This document shows, in pieces, positions 29,322 to 38,475 of a stretch of DNA of 64,000 bases. Both the position numbers and the translations under genes were made by a program. The first letter of the stretch is position 1. Each line of letters begins with the position of its first letter. This DNA comes from a virus (Duplodnaviria; Caudoviricetes): the IMG/VR virus record IMGVR_UViG_2974598881_000001, positions 12,269-76,268 of that record, one strand, 5' to 3'. The notes beneath the pieces are model-generated. The model saw nothing but the letters and a program-made list of their open reading frames with translations, did not search any database and was not told the DNA's origin.

Positions 29322-29690
29322 TTAGCCGACACGGGTATCTCCGTACTCCGTACGGACCAGGGACGTGTCGGCCTCGATCTTCCATACTCGGAAGTGTAGG
29401 AACTCGGCGAGGTCGAGCTCACGCATCGCTCCGCGCGAGTTACGCCAACCAGGGAGGAGGACCAGATCGGTGCAGTCGAGCAGCTTCCTGAGGTCGGCGC
29501 GGACGTACTCGTGATACGGCAGGCTTCCGGGCTCGCCGGGAAGCTCCCGGGCGATCTCGGCAGGAGACACCACCGTGTATCCTCGCCCACGCAGGGCCGC
29601 TGCGGCGGCATCGAAGGCCTCGAAGTTATGGCCCTTGATTCCGGTCATCGGCCCTGCGATGTAGTACTTGCGAAGAGCATCGAGGCTCAT
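29322..29690 (-). CDS. DUF4406 / nucleoside-deoxyribosyltransferase-like protein
   Basis: YIAGPMTG...NFEAF...SPAE...LLPGWRNSRGAMRE. Confidence 0.85.
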   Translation of the reverse strand: MSLDALRKYYIAGPMTGIKGHNFEAFDAAAAALRGRGYTVVSPAEIARELPGEPGSLPYHEYVRADLRKLLDCTDLVLLPGWRNSRGAMRELDLAEFLHFRVWKIEADTSLVRTEYGDTRVG

Positions 29691-30823
29691 TCACCTTCTC
29701 CTCTCGACTTGGCAACCTCAGCTCGAGGCATCACGACGCCCTCGTAGCCGTCATCCCCGAGGAACTTGACCATCGAGACGGTCTTCTCGGGGTTGTACTC
29801 CATGACCATTTCTCGACCGGGAGCCTTGGTGATGATGTCGGTGAAGTACTCCACCGAGAACATGAACTTCACGATGTCGTGGTCGCCACCCGAGATCAGC
29901 AGGATGGTCTCCTCGATCTCCTCTGCCGAGTCGCGATCCTTCACCGACAGCGTCATGCTCTCGCCGCCGATGTAGACGTCGAGACCGATCTGCCGATCGG
30001 AGGCGCCGATCTTGGAGACTCGGCTGAGCGTCGAGATGACATCCTCCTTGGAGAACGAGATCGCAGCAGGCATCTCCTTCTCCATGATCCTGTTCACCGG
30101 ATCGAACCGGGGCTCGAACAGGCTGCACTTGATGTAGATGTCTTCGGTAGGCGCGATGACGAGGTTATCGCCAAGCACCCCCACCTGAATCTCCTCGAGT
30201 GAGCGCAGCACCGGGCCGATGAGCTGGTACGGCAGCACGATGTTGTTGCGTCCGTCTGCGAACTTGTACTCGTTCGGCACGCGGACCAGCGTCTTGCCGT
30301 TCGTGGCGCACAGGTGGCCCTCGTCCATGTAGACCCCACACCTGGGCGGAAGCCCGTCCGACGAGGTGGACCATCCCACCAGGTCGAGGCGAGTGCCGAA
30401 GCCCTTCATGGTGAACATGCCTTCGGGCTCGAACATGAACTGATCAGGGTCGGGGTAGTCGCCCGACTTGATCAGCGGAGTGGTGGCCTTCATGCGCCCG
30501 CTCGTGATGCGAATCTTGCCACCCTCCTCCTTGAGCTTGACCGAACCGGATGCCGCGAGGTTCGAGACGATGCCGTGAGTAGAGTTGGAGGCAACGCGCC
30601 AGCTCTTGGCAACCGGCACATCGAGCTCGTTCGGGTAGAGGTACTCGGTGTAGAAGACCTCTCCGTTCGTGACTCGAAGCGTGACGTACTCCTCGCCGGG
30701 GTACAGGTCGATAACGAAGCCCTTGAACTTGTCGAGCTCACGTCCGCGAGTGGGGGCGATGATGTTGGCACGCTTGACTGCGTCGGCGAGAGCCGCATTG
30801 TTGAACTCTACCGTTGCGCTCAC
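29687..30823 (-). CDS. dnaN: DNA polymerase III beta sliding clamp
   Basis: 378 aa; three-domain pattern, YPDP, TNGKTL, FSVEYFTD, EGVVMP C-terminus. Confidence 0.88.
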   Translation of the reverse strand: MSATVEFNNAALADAVKRANIIAPTRGRELDKFKGFVIDLYPGEEYVTLRVTNGEVFYTEYLYPNELDVPVAKSWRVASNSTHGIVSNLAASGSVKLKEEGGKIRITSGRMKATTPLIKSGDYPDPDQFMFEPEGMFTMKGFGTRLDLVGWSTSSDGLPPRCGVYMDEGHLCATNGKTLVRVPNEYKFADGRNNIVLPYQLIGPVLRSLEEIQVGVLGDNLVIAPTEDIYIKCSLFEPRFDPVNRIMEKEMPAAISFSKEDVISTLSRVSKIGASDRQIGLDVYIGGESMTLSVKDRDSAEEIEETILLISGGDHDIVKFMFSVEYFTDIITKAPGREMVMEYNPEKTVSMVKFLGDDGYEGVVMPRAEVAKSRGEGE

Positions 30824-30826
30824 GCA

Positions 30827-31453
30827 CTACTCCTTGACGAGATCGGCGGTCGAAGCCGCCGGGCGGTTGACCCAGGTGTCAAGACGGCGCTCGAGGTCGA
30901 TGGAGTGCCGGATGTCCTCGAGGACGCGGTGATCGACGGCACCCTCGGGGCTCTGGTACTTCGTCGGGTCGTTGTCGATCTGCTTCCACAGCGCCGGGTA
31001 CTTGGCCTTGAGACGCTCCATGTCCGAGCTCGAGTCCACGATCCGGTAGTGGAAGAACTCGTTCAGCGTCGGCATCTTCTGCTCGAGGAACTTGCGGTCG
31101 AAGTGGACCGAGCTGCCCCACACCGGGAGGCGCTTCGCGCCCCAGGCCTTGACGATGTCGAGGATGACAGCCTCGGCCTCGGCGTACGAACGAGGCATGA
31201 CACCCTCCTCCTCGAGCCGACGCAGCTCCGGCAGCAGGCCGGACTTGGTGTGCATCTTCACGATGAAGTCGCTGAGGTCGTTCGTCTTGAGCCGTGCGTA
31301 GATCTGCGGGGTCCAGATGACCGCCGCGTGCTCCTCGATGACCGTCCAGGTGTCGGTGTTGACGCGGGCGATGCCGAGCTCGATGATCTCCTCGGCGACC
31401 GGCGACAGGCCGGTCGTCTCGAGGTCGAGGAATACCGCTTCGTTGGGATTCAC
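30827..31453 (-). CDS. orn: Oligoribonuclease-like DEDDh exonuclease
   Basis: FLDLETTGL, MHTKSGLL, GSSVHFDRKFL, HYRIVDSS, HRVLEDI. Confidence 0.88.
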   Translation of the reverse strand: MNPNEAVFLDLETTGLSPVAEEIIELGIARVNTDTWTVIEEHAAVIWTPQIYARLKTNDLSDFIVKMHTKSGLLPELRRLEEEGVMPRSYAEAEAVILDIVKAWGAKRLPVWGSSVHFDRKFLEQKMPTLNEFFHYRIVDSSSDMERLKAKYPALWKQIDNDPTKYQSPEGAVDHRVLEDIRHSIDLERRLDTWVNRPAASTADLVKE

Positions 31454-31653
31454 TTGTTCGTCTCCTTGATGTAGTTGGTGACATCCGACTGAGGGATGAG
31501 CCACCCCTTGCCTGGCCGGGTAGCGTTGGGGAACTTGCCCGCACGCACCAGCTCGCGTACGGTCCCCGGCTCTACGAGCAGAATGTCAGACACCTGCTTG
31601 GTGTTGAGCATCTTCTGCTCAGGTGCAACGTTCACGGCGACTCTCCTTTCCAT
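31450..31653 (-). CDS. Excisionase/MerR-like HTH DNA-binding protein
   Basis: LNTKQVSDILLVEPGTVRELVRAGKFPNA..GKGWLIP. Confidence 0.8.
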   Translation of the reverse strand: MERRVAVNVAPEQKMLNTKQVSDILLVEPGTVRELVRAGKFPNATRPGKGWLIPQSDVTNYIKETNK

Positions 31654-31894
31654 AGTGCTTATCTATTAGTTTTGACTCTAGCTCGAGGTGAGCGAGCTCT
31701 TGGTTCACTATATCTGCGCATAGCCTGCAAACATAGCGCTCGCGGGTCTCGAGTGGGGCGTTCCTGTACTGATTGTCCCACTCGATCTGGAACCTGAATG
31801 TCGTATCTTCGATAGATACGGGGATCAAGTTGGCGTGCTTATCGGATGGGAACTGGCACCTCTTGTTTCTGAACCGGCAACCCTCTGCCTTCAT
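31619..31894 (-). CDS. Hypothetical Cys-containing protein
   Basis: C-x6-C...CRLC. Confidence 0.5.
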   Translation of the reverse strand: MKAEGCRFRNKRCQFPSDKHANLIPVSIEDTTFRFQIEWDNQYRNAPLETRERYVCRLCADIVNQELAHLELESKLIDKHYGKESRRERCT

Positions 31895-31900
31895 GCAGCA

Positions 31901-33445
31901 TCACAGAGTCCCTTCGAGGGCTTCGGAGATCTTGTCCATGAACGACTGAGACTGGCCATCATTAGCGCCACCTCGAATCACCGCGTCGAACGAGAACTTC
32001 TTGTCCTTGATGATTTGCTCGACGCGGTATTCCGCCGAGTTCTTCACCATGTACTCGAACACCTGGATCGAAGGGTGATGTTCGGACCCGACACGACGAA
32101 GGCGACCGACGCCCTGATCGTTGAGTGCAGGGCTAAACTCCTTGTCGATGAACTGGCAGTGGTTAGCTGCCACCATGTTCAGGCCGACTCCCATAGCCTT
32201 GATGATCCCGATGATGACGCCAGGCTCTTTGTCCGCAGACCACTGCTTCACGATCCCCTGACGCTTGTCCTTGTTCACGCTGCCGTGAATCTCATAGACC
32301 TTCGTGCCGGGACGCGCCGCCTTGAGCCTGCGCTTGTACGCCTCGATCACCGGACGGAACTGAGTGAACACGATCAGCTTGTGTCCGTTGTCGAGTATCT
32401 CGGTAGCGTCTTCGATCGCCAGGTCGAGCTTAGGCGACTCGTCCCAGCCAGGGACGAGGGTGCAGGTGGACGAGCAGATCTGACGGAAGCGTAGCTGACG
32501 CACCATCGGCCACTCGAGGCTCTCGTCCTCCTCGTCAGTGAGGGAGGGGATGAACTTCTGCAGCCGGTGCTCGGTGGCGAGATGGTTGTACATCTCGCGC
32601 GGCTTGCCGGTGAGCGAAACCATGCGCTTGATGACGTTAATCTCGGGCAGGTCGATCACGTTGTCGATCTCGCGGCGAAGCATGACCTGGCCCAGTCGAG
32701 AATTGAGCTGGCGCTCATTCTTGACTGCTGTGACCTGCTTGCCGTTAAAGCCTCCTAGCACGCAGTACTTCGCCTTGAATCCCGCGAACGTCCCCCACTG
32801 GCCGGGAGTCACGAAATCAAGCAGCGTCCACAGGTCGTCGACCTGACCCGTCATCGGCGTACCACTCATTGCCAGCGTACGATTGCGAACGATCTGAGTG
32901 ATGTTCTTGTACGCAAGCGTGTTGCGGTTCTTGATGACGTGAGCCTCGTCAGCCACCAGCATATCGACACCCTCGCGCTTGAGTGCGTTGATCTGCTGGA
33001 TGTGGTCGCCCAAGATCTCGTAGTTGATAACGAGAATCTTGTGGTTGTCGATCTTCTTGAACTGCTCGATCTGCTTGAACCGCTCGATCACACTGCTGCC
33101 GGTGGCGACACAGTAATCGAAGTGGGTGAACTTCTCGATCTCGTCCTGCCAGTTCATGCGGAGGGAGGCGGGGACGACAGCGACCATGACGCAACGGGCC
33201 TGCGGGTCCTTCTTGACGCTCATCCAGACGTGCATCCCGAAGTTGAACAGTGCCTGGATCGTCTTGCCGAGACCCATCTCATCGGCGAGGATGGCGCCCT
33301 TCTTGTTCTTGAGCCACTTCACACCCTCCTCCTGGTACGGCTTGAGAACAATCTCTCGCCGAATCCAGTAGTCGAGCGATCCCCGCCCCTTGCTAGGGTC
33401 GTAGGAGGACTGGGACGTGGGCGCTTCGGTGACCGGTGCGCTCAT
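31901..33445 (-). CDS. SNF2-family helicase
   Basis: LADEMGLGKT, DEAH, MSGTP, LIVFTQF, GLNM, QGVGRLRR; start revised to ATG 33445 (GGAGGA RBS). Confidence 0.93.
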   Translation of the reverse strand: MSAPVTEAPTSQSSYDPSKGRGSLDYWIRREIVLKPYQEEGVKWLKNKKGAILADEMGLGKTIQALFNFGMHVWMSVKKDPQARCVMVAVVPASLRMNWQDEIEKFTHFDYCVATGSSVIERFKQIEQFKKIDNHKILVINYEILGDHIQQINALKREGVDMLVADEAHVIKNRNTLAYKNITQIVRNRTLAMSGTPMTGQVDDLWTLLDFVTPGQWGTFAGFKAKYCVLGGFNGKQVTAVKNERQLNSRLGQVMLRREIDNVIDLPEINVIKRMVSLTGKPREMYNHLATEHRLQKFIPSLTDEEDESLEWPMVRQLRFRQICSSTCTLVPGWDESPKLDLAIEDATEILDNGHKLIVFTQFRPVIEAYKRRLKAARPGTKVYEIHGSVNKDKRQGIVKQWSADKEPGVIIGIIKAMGVGLNMVAANHCQFIDKEFSPALNDQGVGRLRRVGSEHHPSIQVFEYMVKNSAEYRVEQIIKDKKFSFDAVIRGGANDGQSQSFMDKISEALEGTL

Positions 33446-33674
33446 CGAGTTCCTCCCAATTGATCGTTTCGTATTCGTCTCGCGTGCCGTGGACTCGCCC
33501 CTCGAGATAGTCAACCCGAGACTTGAAAGTCCGCTCAACCCAGTCGATGTAGTCGACTGCCTCTTGCGCGGTATTAGGTACGGAGCACCGGTGAAGCTCG
33601 CGAACGTCGGGTTCGCGGTAAACGAAGGCGTCGTAGCGCGTGTTCGGATCTTTGTTCGCGACAAACCGTTTCAC
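33393..33674 (-). CDS. Hypothetical protein
   Basis: GTGA overlap with the upstream stop. Confidence 0.5.
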   Translation of the reverse strand: MKRFVANKDPNTRYDAFVYREPDVRELHRCSVPNTAQEAVDYIDWVERTFKSRVDYLEGRVHGTRDEYETINWEELDERTGHRSAHVPVLLRP

Positions 33675-34177
33675 CCCCACTTCTCCTTATGCTGGCACCC
33701 CGGGCAGCCGTCGAACTTCGCCCTGGTCTCCTGGTAATCAGCCTTGTTTGCATACTTGCGACCGCATCCCGTGCAGGTGTGCGGTACGTTGTCCGCATCC
33801 TCGCTAGGCCGGAACGCGAGGTGCGGATTGTCCTCGTCGTCGGTCATACCGGCCTTGTCGTCCTCGGGCTCCTTGACCAGGCCGAGCGCCTCTTCGTAGG
33901 TCTTGCCATCGACCATGAGGCCGCGACGGTAGACTCGCGAGGCGATGCCGATACCGATCAGCTGGTTCGAGTAGACCGTGCTACCGATCTCCTCGAGAAG
34001 CTTGATGACGTAGTTGAGCTGATCGTTGGTCAGCTCTTCGATGAACGTGGCGAACGCCGACAGGTCAGCCTGAAAGTTCTGTTCCTTCTCGCGCTGCGCC
34101 TTCTCGTACTGACGCTGCTGGAATGCCTGGAACTCGAACGCTTCCCGAGCGAACTCGGGGACTTCATCTTCGGGCAT
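33671..34177 (-). CDS. Hypothetical protein with C-terminal zinc finger
   Basis: CTGC...CPGC; RBS AAGGGAG. Confidence 0.65.
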   Translation of the reverse strand: MPEDEVPEFAREAFEFQAFQQRQYEKAQREKEQNFQADLSAFATFIEELTNDQLNYVIKLLEEIGSTVYSNQLIGIGIASRVYRRGLMVDGKTYEEALGLVKEPEDDKAGMTDDEDNPHLAFRPSEDADNVPHTCTGCGRKYANKADYQETRAKFDGCPGCQHKEKWG

Positions 34178-34200
34178 GAAGTATCTCCCTTCTGGTTTCA

Positions 34201-34234
34201 CAGGAAAGGGGGAGGCGTTTCCAGCGCCTCCCCC
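34201..34234 (-). terminator. Terminator after SSB
   Basis: 10-bp stem gggggaggcg/cgcctccccc followed by tttcc on the minus strand. Confidence 0.7.
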
Positions 34235-34346
34235 TAACCCCTGTATCCTCTCATTGCTGACCGCGCGGGATTGCGCCAGCTCTCCGAGTGCGGTAGGGTC
34301 TCGAATCACTGTGGGGAAGATCAGCGAGAGGGGCTTGCGAGGACGA

Positions 34347-35390
34347 TCAGAACGGGGGCTCTTCGTCGTCGTCGATCTGAACGGTACCGGCGGCGGGCGC
34401 GGCAGCGGGCTGCTTCACCTTGCCGACGGTCGAGATGACCTGCTCCTCGGACTCGGGCTCCGGAGCGGGCTTCGGCTGACGCGAAGGCGCGGGCGGCGGA
34501 GTCGGAGCCGAAGGCGTGTCGACCACCTCGGCGTCGATCGTGTTGCCCTGAATGTCGCCGTCCGGCACCTGGTCGGCGTCCGACAGGCCAGCGCCCTCCT
34601 CGTCCTCCTTGGGCATCGGCAGCTGGCCGAGGAAGGTCTGGGCCGACTTGAAGGAATCGAAGTAGTCCTGCCACGCAGCCTGATCGGTCTTGGCGACCTT
34701 CTTGAACTTCGGCGTGCAGTACTTCACCATGCCGCGCTTGTTGACCTCGAGCTCGAGGAGGGTGGCGACCGTGAAGATCGGGTTCTTCTTCGTGGCGAAG
34801 GGCGTCACGTACTGACGAGCGGGCTTGATGCCCGAGCGCCGGATCGTGAACAGGGCCGGAATCCAGCTCTCCGCGTCCTCGGGGTCCTGGTACAGGAGGG
34901 GGAACGTCCACTCCTCCGAGCACCACGGACGCTTGCCGGTCGGGTCCGTGTTCCACTCCTTGAAGTGGCACTTCGAGCAGGGCAGGCTCGGCATCGAGAG
35001 CAGGTTCTCGCCGACCGTGAGGGGCTGCGCGTCGCGGGGCGTGAAGACGCTCTGCGCATCCCAGGGGAACTGCTTGGCGGTCGGGAGCTCCGAGTCGACG
35101 TTCGGGAAGCCGTCGCGGGTGTTGGGGGACTTGCACAGGGGCGCGTCCGCCTCGGCGCCCTCGTTGACCTCGCCCCACATGATGCGGGACTTGTGCAGGC
35201 CGAGGAGGATCACCGTCAGCGACGGGAACAGCTCGTCCGTCTGGCTGTTCTTGAACATGCCCTCGGCGTGGTCGATAGACAGGCGCGGCATCGTGAGGTC
35301 ACTCGAATCGAAGTCCTCGAGGCCGGTCTCGTTGGAATCCCACGCGACGAGGTCGGTGCCTGCCGCCTCGCTGGGCTGAAGAGAAGTCAT
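34347..35390 (-). CDS. Phage ssDNA-binding/recombination protein
   Basis: MPRL, Cys cluster (C, CxxC, C), Pro/Ala linker and acidic DDDEEPPF tail typical of SSBs. Confidence 0.7.
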   Translation of the reverse strand: MTSLQPSEAAGTDLVAWDSNETGLEDFDSSDLTMPRLSIDHAEGMFKNSQTDELFPSLTVILLGLHKSRIMWGEVNEGAEADAPLCKSPNTRDGFPNVDSELPTAKQFPWDAQSVFTPRDAQPLTVGENLLSMPSLPCSKCHFKEWNTDPTGKRPWCSEEWTFPLLYQDPEDAESWIPALFTIRRSGIKPARQYVTPFATKKNPIFTVATLLELEVNKRGMVKYCTPKFKKVAKTDQAAWQDYFDSFKSAQTFLGQLPMPKEDEEGAGLSDADQVPDGDIQGNTIDAEVVDTPSAPTPPPAPSRQPKPAPEPESEEQVISTVGKVKQPAAAPAAGTVQIDDDEEPPF

Positions 35391-35481
35391 GTGTGTTTGC
35401 TCGTTTCTGTGTGTCTCGGCTGTTTAGACAGTCTCGCAGGTTTTGTAGGTTTTGCGTGCCCGTATCCCTACGGACTCATAC

Positions 35482-35510
35482 ATATTACTACACATGCGGA
35501 CGTTTGTCAA
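35482..35510 (-). promoter_or_regulatory. SigA-like promoter
   Basis: TTGACA-N17-TAATAT upstream of SSB. Confidence 0.75.
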
Positions 35511-35836
35511 CCCCGCTTCTTGACGGGTCGCTTTGTTGCGATTCGCACGCTCCTCTGTTCGGTGAAGACAATTCCCTTGTAGCGCATCCACACCTTGAAG
35601 GCAGTTTCGGACACGCGCCACACAGGCTTCATCTCGGGTGTCGCGATGTTGACAGCGATCAACCGACCTCGACGTGAGCCCGCCGACCTGCCGTGGAAGA
35701 ACAGGAAGTTGTCCTCGAGGGACTTGCGGCTCACGTCGAGCATGAGGGCGATCTGATCGAGCGTGAACATGAACTCCCTGGCCGGGAGATTCACCTCCGG
35801 TTCGATGAGATCTTCAGAGAAGCTGTTGCTGGACAT
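35507..35836 (-). CDS. HTH DNA-binding protein
   Basis: FTLDQIALMLDVSRKSL...WRVSETAFKVW. Confidence 0.7.
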   Translation of the reverse strand: MSSNSFSEDLIEPEVNLPAREFMFTLDQIALMLDVSRKSLEDNFLFFHGRSAGSRRGRLIAVNIATPEMKPVWRVSETAFKVWMRYKGIVFTEQRSVRIATKRPVKKRG

Positions 35837-36170
35837 ACACCGACCCCGGTCGCACGTAGGCGTACTGCTTCGAGCGAAGAACCGGCTTGTTGACTCCGCT
35901 GGTGGTGACGCCGAACAGCTCGCAGTTCGTGTACAGGTACAGCATCTCTGCCAGCCAGGGGGAGACATTGAGACCGAAGTGCGGCGCGCCGCCTTCTCGG
36001 ACAGACGCAGCCGACTCGTCGAAGATGGTGTCCATCATCTCCTTGAGGTACTCAGGCGAGCTCGCGGAGCGCGAGTGGTCCTGAAACCTCACGTAGACGT
36101 ACTTGCAGTCGCCGAACTGCTCGAAGCCGGTCCAGACCAGGTTGTCAGGCTTGGTGGGCAGCTTGACCAT
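35814..36170 (-). CDS. Hypothetical protein
   Basis: 118 aa, TAATG coupling. Confidence 0.6.
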   Translation of the reverse strand: MVKLPTKPDNLVWTGFEQFGDCKYVYVRFQDHSRSASSPEYLKEMMDTIFDESAASVREGGAPHFGLNVSPWLAEMLYLYTNCELFGVTTSGVNKPVLRSKQYAYVRPGSVYVQQQLL

Positions 36171-36475
36171 TAGCGCACCTCCTTGTAGGTCTCTTCCGCG
36201 TCGTGCACGGTGGCAGCGAACTGGAGCTGCCGCTTCGTCTTCGCGCGGTCTTCCGAGATGGTCCAGTAGAACTTCTCGCCCGATCCGAGGAACACTCGGC
36301 GAGCGTCCTGAACCGCACGCAGCGGCGTCTCCTGCGCGTAGCTCCGCACGATTGCGTTACCGGCCTTGTCGTACAAGGTCCAGTACCACAGCGACGGCTT
36401 GCTGCCGGTGATCGCCAGGTTTCCCTTGGCAACCCTGATGTATCGGAGCCTCCCGTGCCCCTTGTGTCCACTCAT
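36170..36475 (-). CDS. Hypothetical protein (DUF1508/YegP-like)
   Basis: WYWTLYDKAGNAIVRS resembles the YegP motif; ATGA overlap. Confidence 0.5.
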   Translation of the reverse strand: MSGHKGHGRLRYIRVAKGNLAITGSKPSLWYWTLYDKAGNAIVRSYAQETPLRAVQDARRVFLGSGEKFYWTISEDRAKTKRQLQFAATVHDAEETYKEVR

Positions 36476-36663
36476 CGTCCCGTTTTCCTCCTCTTCTTCC
36501 GCGCCTTGTCGCGCTTGTTGTCGCGCTCGACCTTGCGAATCGCGGCCTTCTTCTCGAGCTTGTCCACCCGCTCGCACCATTCGCGGTACGTCTCGCCGGG
36601 CTCCTGAGGGGGAACCTCGTTGAGGAACTCGCGCAGATGTTGACTGGACCAGTTGCCTTCCAT
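36472..36663 (-). CDS. Basic hypothetical protein
   Basis: 63 aa, coupled on both sides. Confidence 0.6.
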   Translation of the reverse strand: MEGNWSSQHLREFLNEVPPQEPGETYREWCERVDKLEKKAAIRKVERDNKRDKARKKRRKTGR

Positions 36664-36818
36664 TACTCCTCGCCTCCCAAGTTCTGCATGAAAATGAACT
36701 TGCCATCGACAAAGGCGCTGTCGTTGTTGTAGGGCGCTTTGCCGTCGATTACTTGGTCGAGTACTTCGTGCGCCTTCTTGCGCTCCTCCTTGACACTCAG
36801 GCTGTCGTACTCACTCAC
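36663..36818 (-). CDS. Hypothetical protein
   Basis: MSEYDSLSVKEERKK..., 51 aa, GTGA overlap. Confidence 0.55.
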   Translation of the reverse strand: MSEYDSLSVKEERKKAHEVLDQVIDGKAPYNNDSAFVDGKFIFMQNLGGEE

Positions 36819-37450
36819 CGCTTGTTCTTCCGCTTGAGCGCTTCGAGGCCGTCGCGCATCCCCTCGAGGGTGAGCCCCTTGAAGTACAGGGGCTTGTGGT
36901 TGATCTTCGCGTAGCCGAGTCGCTCCCACCGGGCGAACACTGCGCCGATCGCTCCGGTGCTCGGAGGGTTGTCGGGGTCGATCAGGTTTGCGATCAGCTG
37001 CGGCGTGCAGGGCTCATCGAACTCGCCGAGCATGGCCCGGTTGCAGATTTGCTGCACCTCGACCTCGAGCTGCCCGCGTTGCCGGTACCCCGACGGCGTT
37101 TCGGTGAACGTGCGCGCCGATTCCAATAGCCCAGGAGCCACCGTGCTGCGTTTTTCCGGCGCGCGGGTGGATCGGGTACCCCCCATCGAAGCATCCGGCA
37201 TATCGCGGCCGAAGTACATGGAAAGGTCGGGGCCGACGAAGGGCACGTAGTTCGGGTTCTGGTGCACCCGCCTGGGCTCGCCCGCCATCTCGTACATCTT
37301 GTTGAACTTCTTGTGGCACGCACACGCGCAGAGCTCGTACTTCACGCACACCTTCATGTGCTTACCGCTCGGGCTCACCGGGGCGGTACCCTCGCAGTGA
37401 CCGTTGCTGCAGAATCCACTGACGTACTTGCTGTTGGGGTCTTGTTTCAT
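36815..37450 (-). CDS. Cys-rich N-terminus plus winged-HTH-like C-terminus
   Basis: FCSNGHC...C..YELCACACH; PPSTGAIGAV motif. Confidence 0.65.
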   Translation of the reverse strand: MKQDPNSKYVSGFCSNGHCEGTAPVSPSGKHMKVCVKYELCACACHKKFNKMYEMAGEPRRVHQNPNYVPFVGPDLSMYFGRDMPDASMGGTRSTRAPEKRSTVAPGLLESARTFTETPSGYRQRGQLEVEVQQICNRAMLGEFDEPCTPQLIANLIDPDNPPSTGAIGAVFARWERLGYAKINHKPLYFKGLTLEGMRDGLEALKRKNKR

Positions 37451-37707
37451 GCGGGGTACTCCTCTCGGATAGCCTGGAACTCTCGATTGATTCCGTCGAG
37501 AGCGCTCGTGAGCGTCTTGATCTCGCTACGCATCGTGGGAACGAAGGGTAGGTCGCGATTCACCCTGCCCTCCAAGTTCACGCACTCGTTGGTGAGGTGG
37601 TTGACCTGAATGATCACTTCATCCAACTTGTGCGCGAGCATGACGAGGAACGATTCGCCAGAGACGGGATGAGGCGGAACCTGCAGGGTGTGCTTGTTGT
37701 TAATCAA
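37447..37707 (-). CDS. Hypothetical helical protein
   Basis: 86 aa, coupled. Confidence 0.55.
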   Translation of the reverse strand: MINNKHTLQVPPHPVSGESFLVMLAHKLDEVIIQVNHLTNECVNLEGRVNRDLPFVPTMRSEIKTLTSALDGINREFQAIREEYPA

Positions 37708-38254
37708 GGTCGGTCACCTCCGCGCCGACACCGTAACCGTCCTCGGTGTTATCTTCTGGCGACGCGCTCTTCTGCTTGCTCGCGATCGACCGCTCGAACT
37801 GGCTGGCGTCGATATTGGTGCGACCCAGCCAGGAGTTGGGGAGGTGCTCGATTGTCTCCTCGAACATCTCGCCACCCTCACGACGCCAGATGACGGGCGG
37901 CTCCCGGAAGATGCGAGACATCGAAATATCTCCGTCCGCGAGCGCTTCGTCTGCGATTCGGTCTCGGGCACGCACGCTGTCGAGTGCGCACTCGAAGGCA
38001 ATGTCCATTGCCCGCTTAGCAGCGACGAGCTCTTCCTCGGTCATGGCGGTCAGCACAACCGCCACCGACCGCTTGCTCGGTCCGTCGATATTGAGCTCGA
38101 CATCGACTCCGTACCCTACTCGCTGATTCGGGCGAATGTAGAGGACGAACGTGTTGAGGCACGCCTTGACCCATAGCCTGCGGAACGGACCGAAGGTTCC
38201 CGCAAGAATGTGGGAGTCAGCTTTCTTCTTCACGCTTTCGCCTGGTGCGCGCAA
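37700..38254 (-). CDS. Hypothetical protein
   Basis: 184 aa, TTG start after GGAGAGG. Confidence 0.6.
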   Translation of the reverse strand: MRAPGESVKKKADSHILAGTFGPFRRLWVKACLNTFVLYIRPNQRVGYGVDVELNIDGPSKRSVAVVLTAMTEEELVAAKRAMDIAFECALDSVRARDRIADEALADGDISMSRIFREPPVIWRREGGEMFEETIEHLPNSWLGRTNIDASQFERSIASKQKSASPEDNTEDGYGVGAEVTDLD

Positions 38255-38462
38255 TTTTCATCCTCTCCGTTCTCGACATGTCGCGAGGGTAGTTGTAATC
38301 CTTGTCGCTGCCGAGGCAATTCTCGCACAGCCAATCGACCGTACGAGAACGGAACACAGTCGATGCGTTTCCGATCCCGGCGAACATCACCTTCTTTGCG
38401 GTGAGCTCGTCCCTCTTCTTGTCCTTGCCACAGTTAGTGCAAGCGTACAACGGGTCTGCCAT
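38217..38462 (-). CDS. Zinc-finger protein
   Basis: CTNC...LCENC. Confidence 0.6.
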   Translation of the reverse strand: MADPLYACTNCGKDKKRDELTAKKVMFAGIGNASTVFRSRTVDWLCENCLGSDKDYNYPRDMSRTERMKIARTRRKREEES

Positions 38463-38475
38463 TTCGGCCTTTCTT

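Noticed and set aside
31450-31653. Excisionase implying lysogeny
   Set aside because: No integrase, attP or repressor in the window; this HTH type is common in lytic phages
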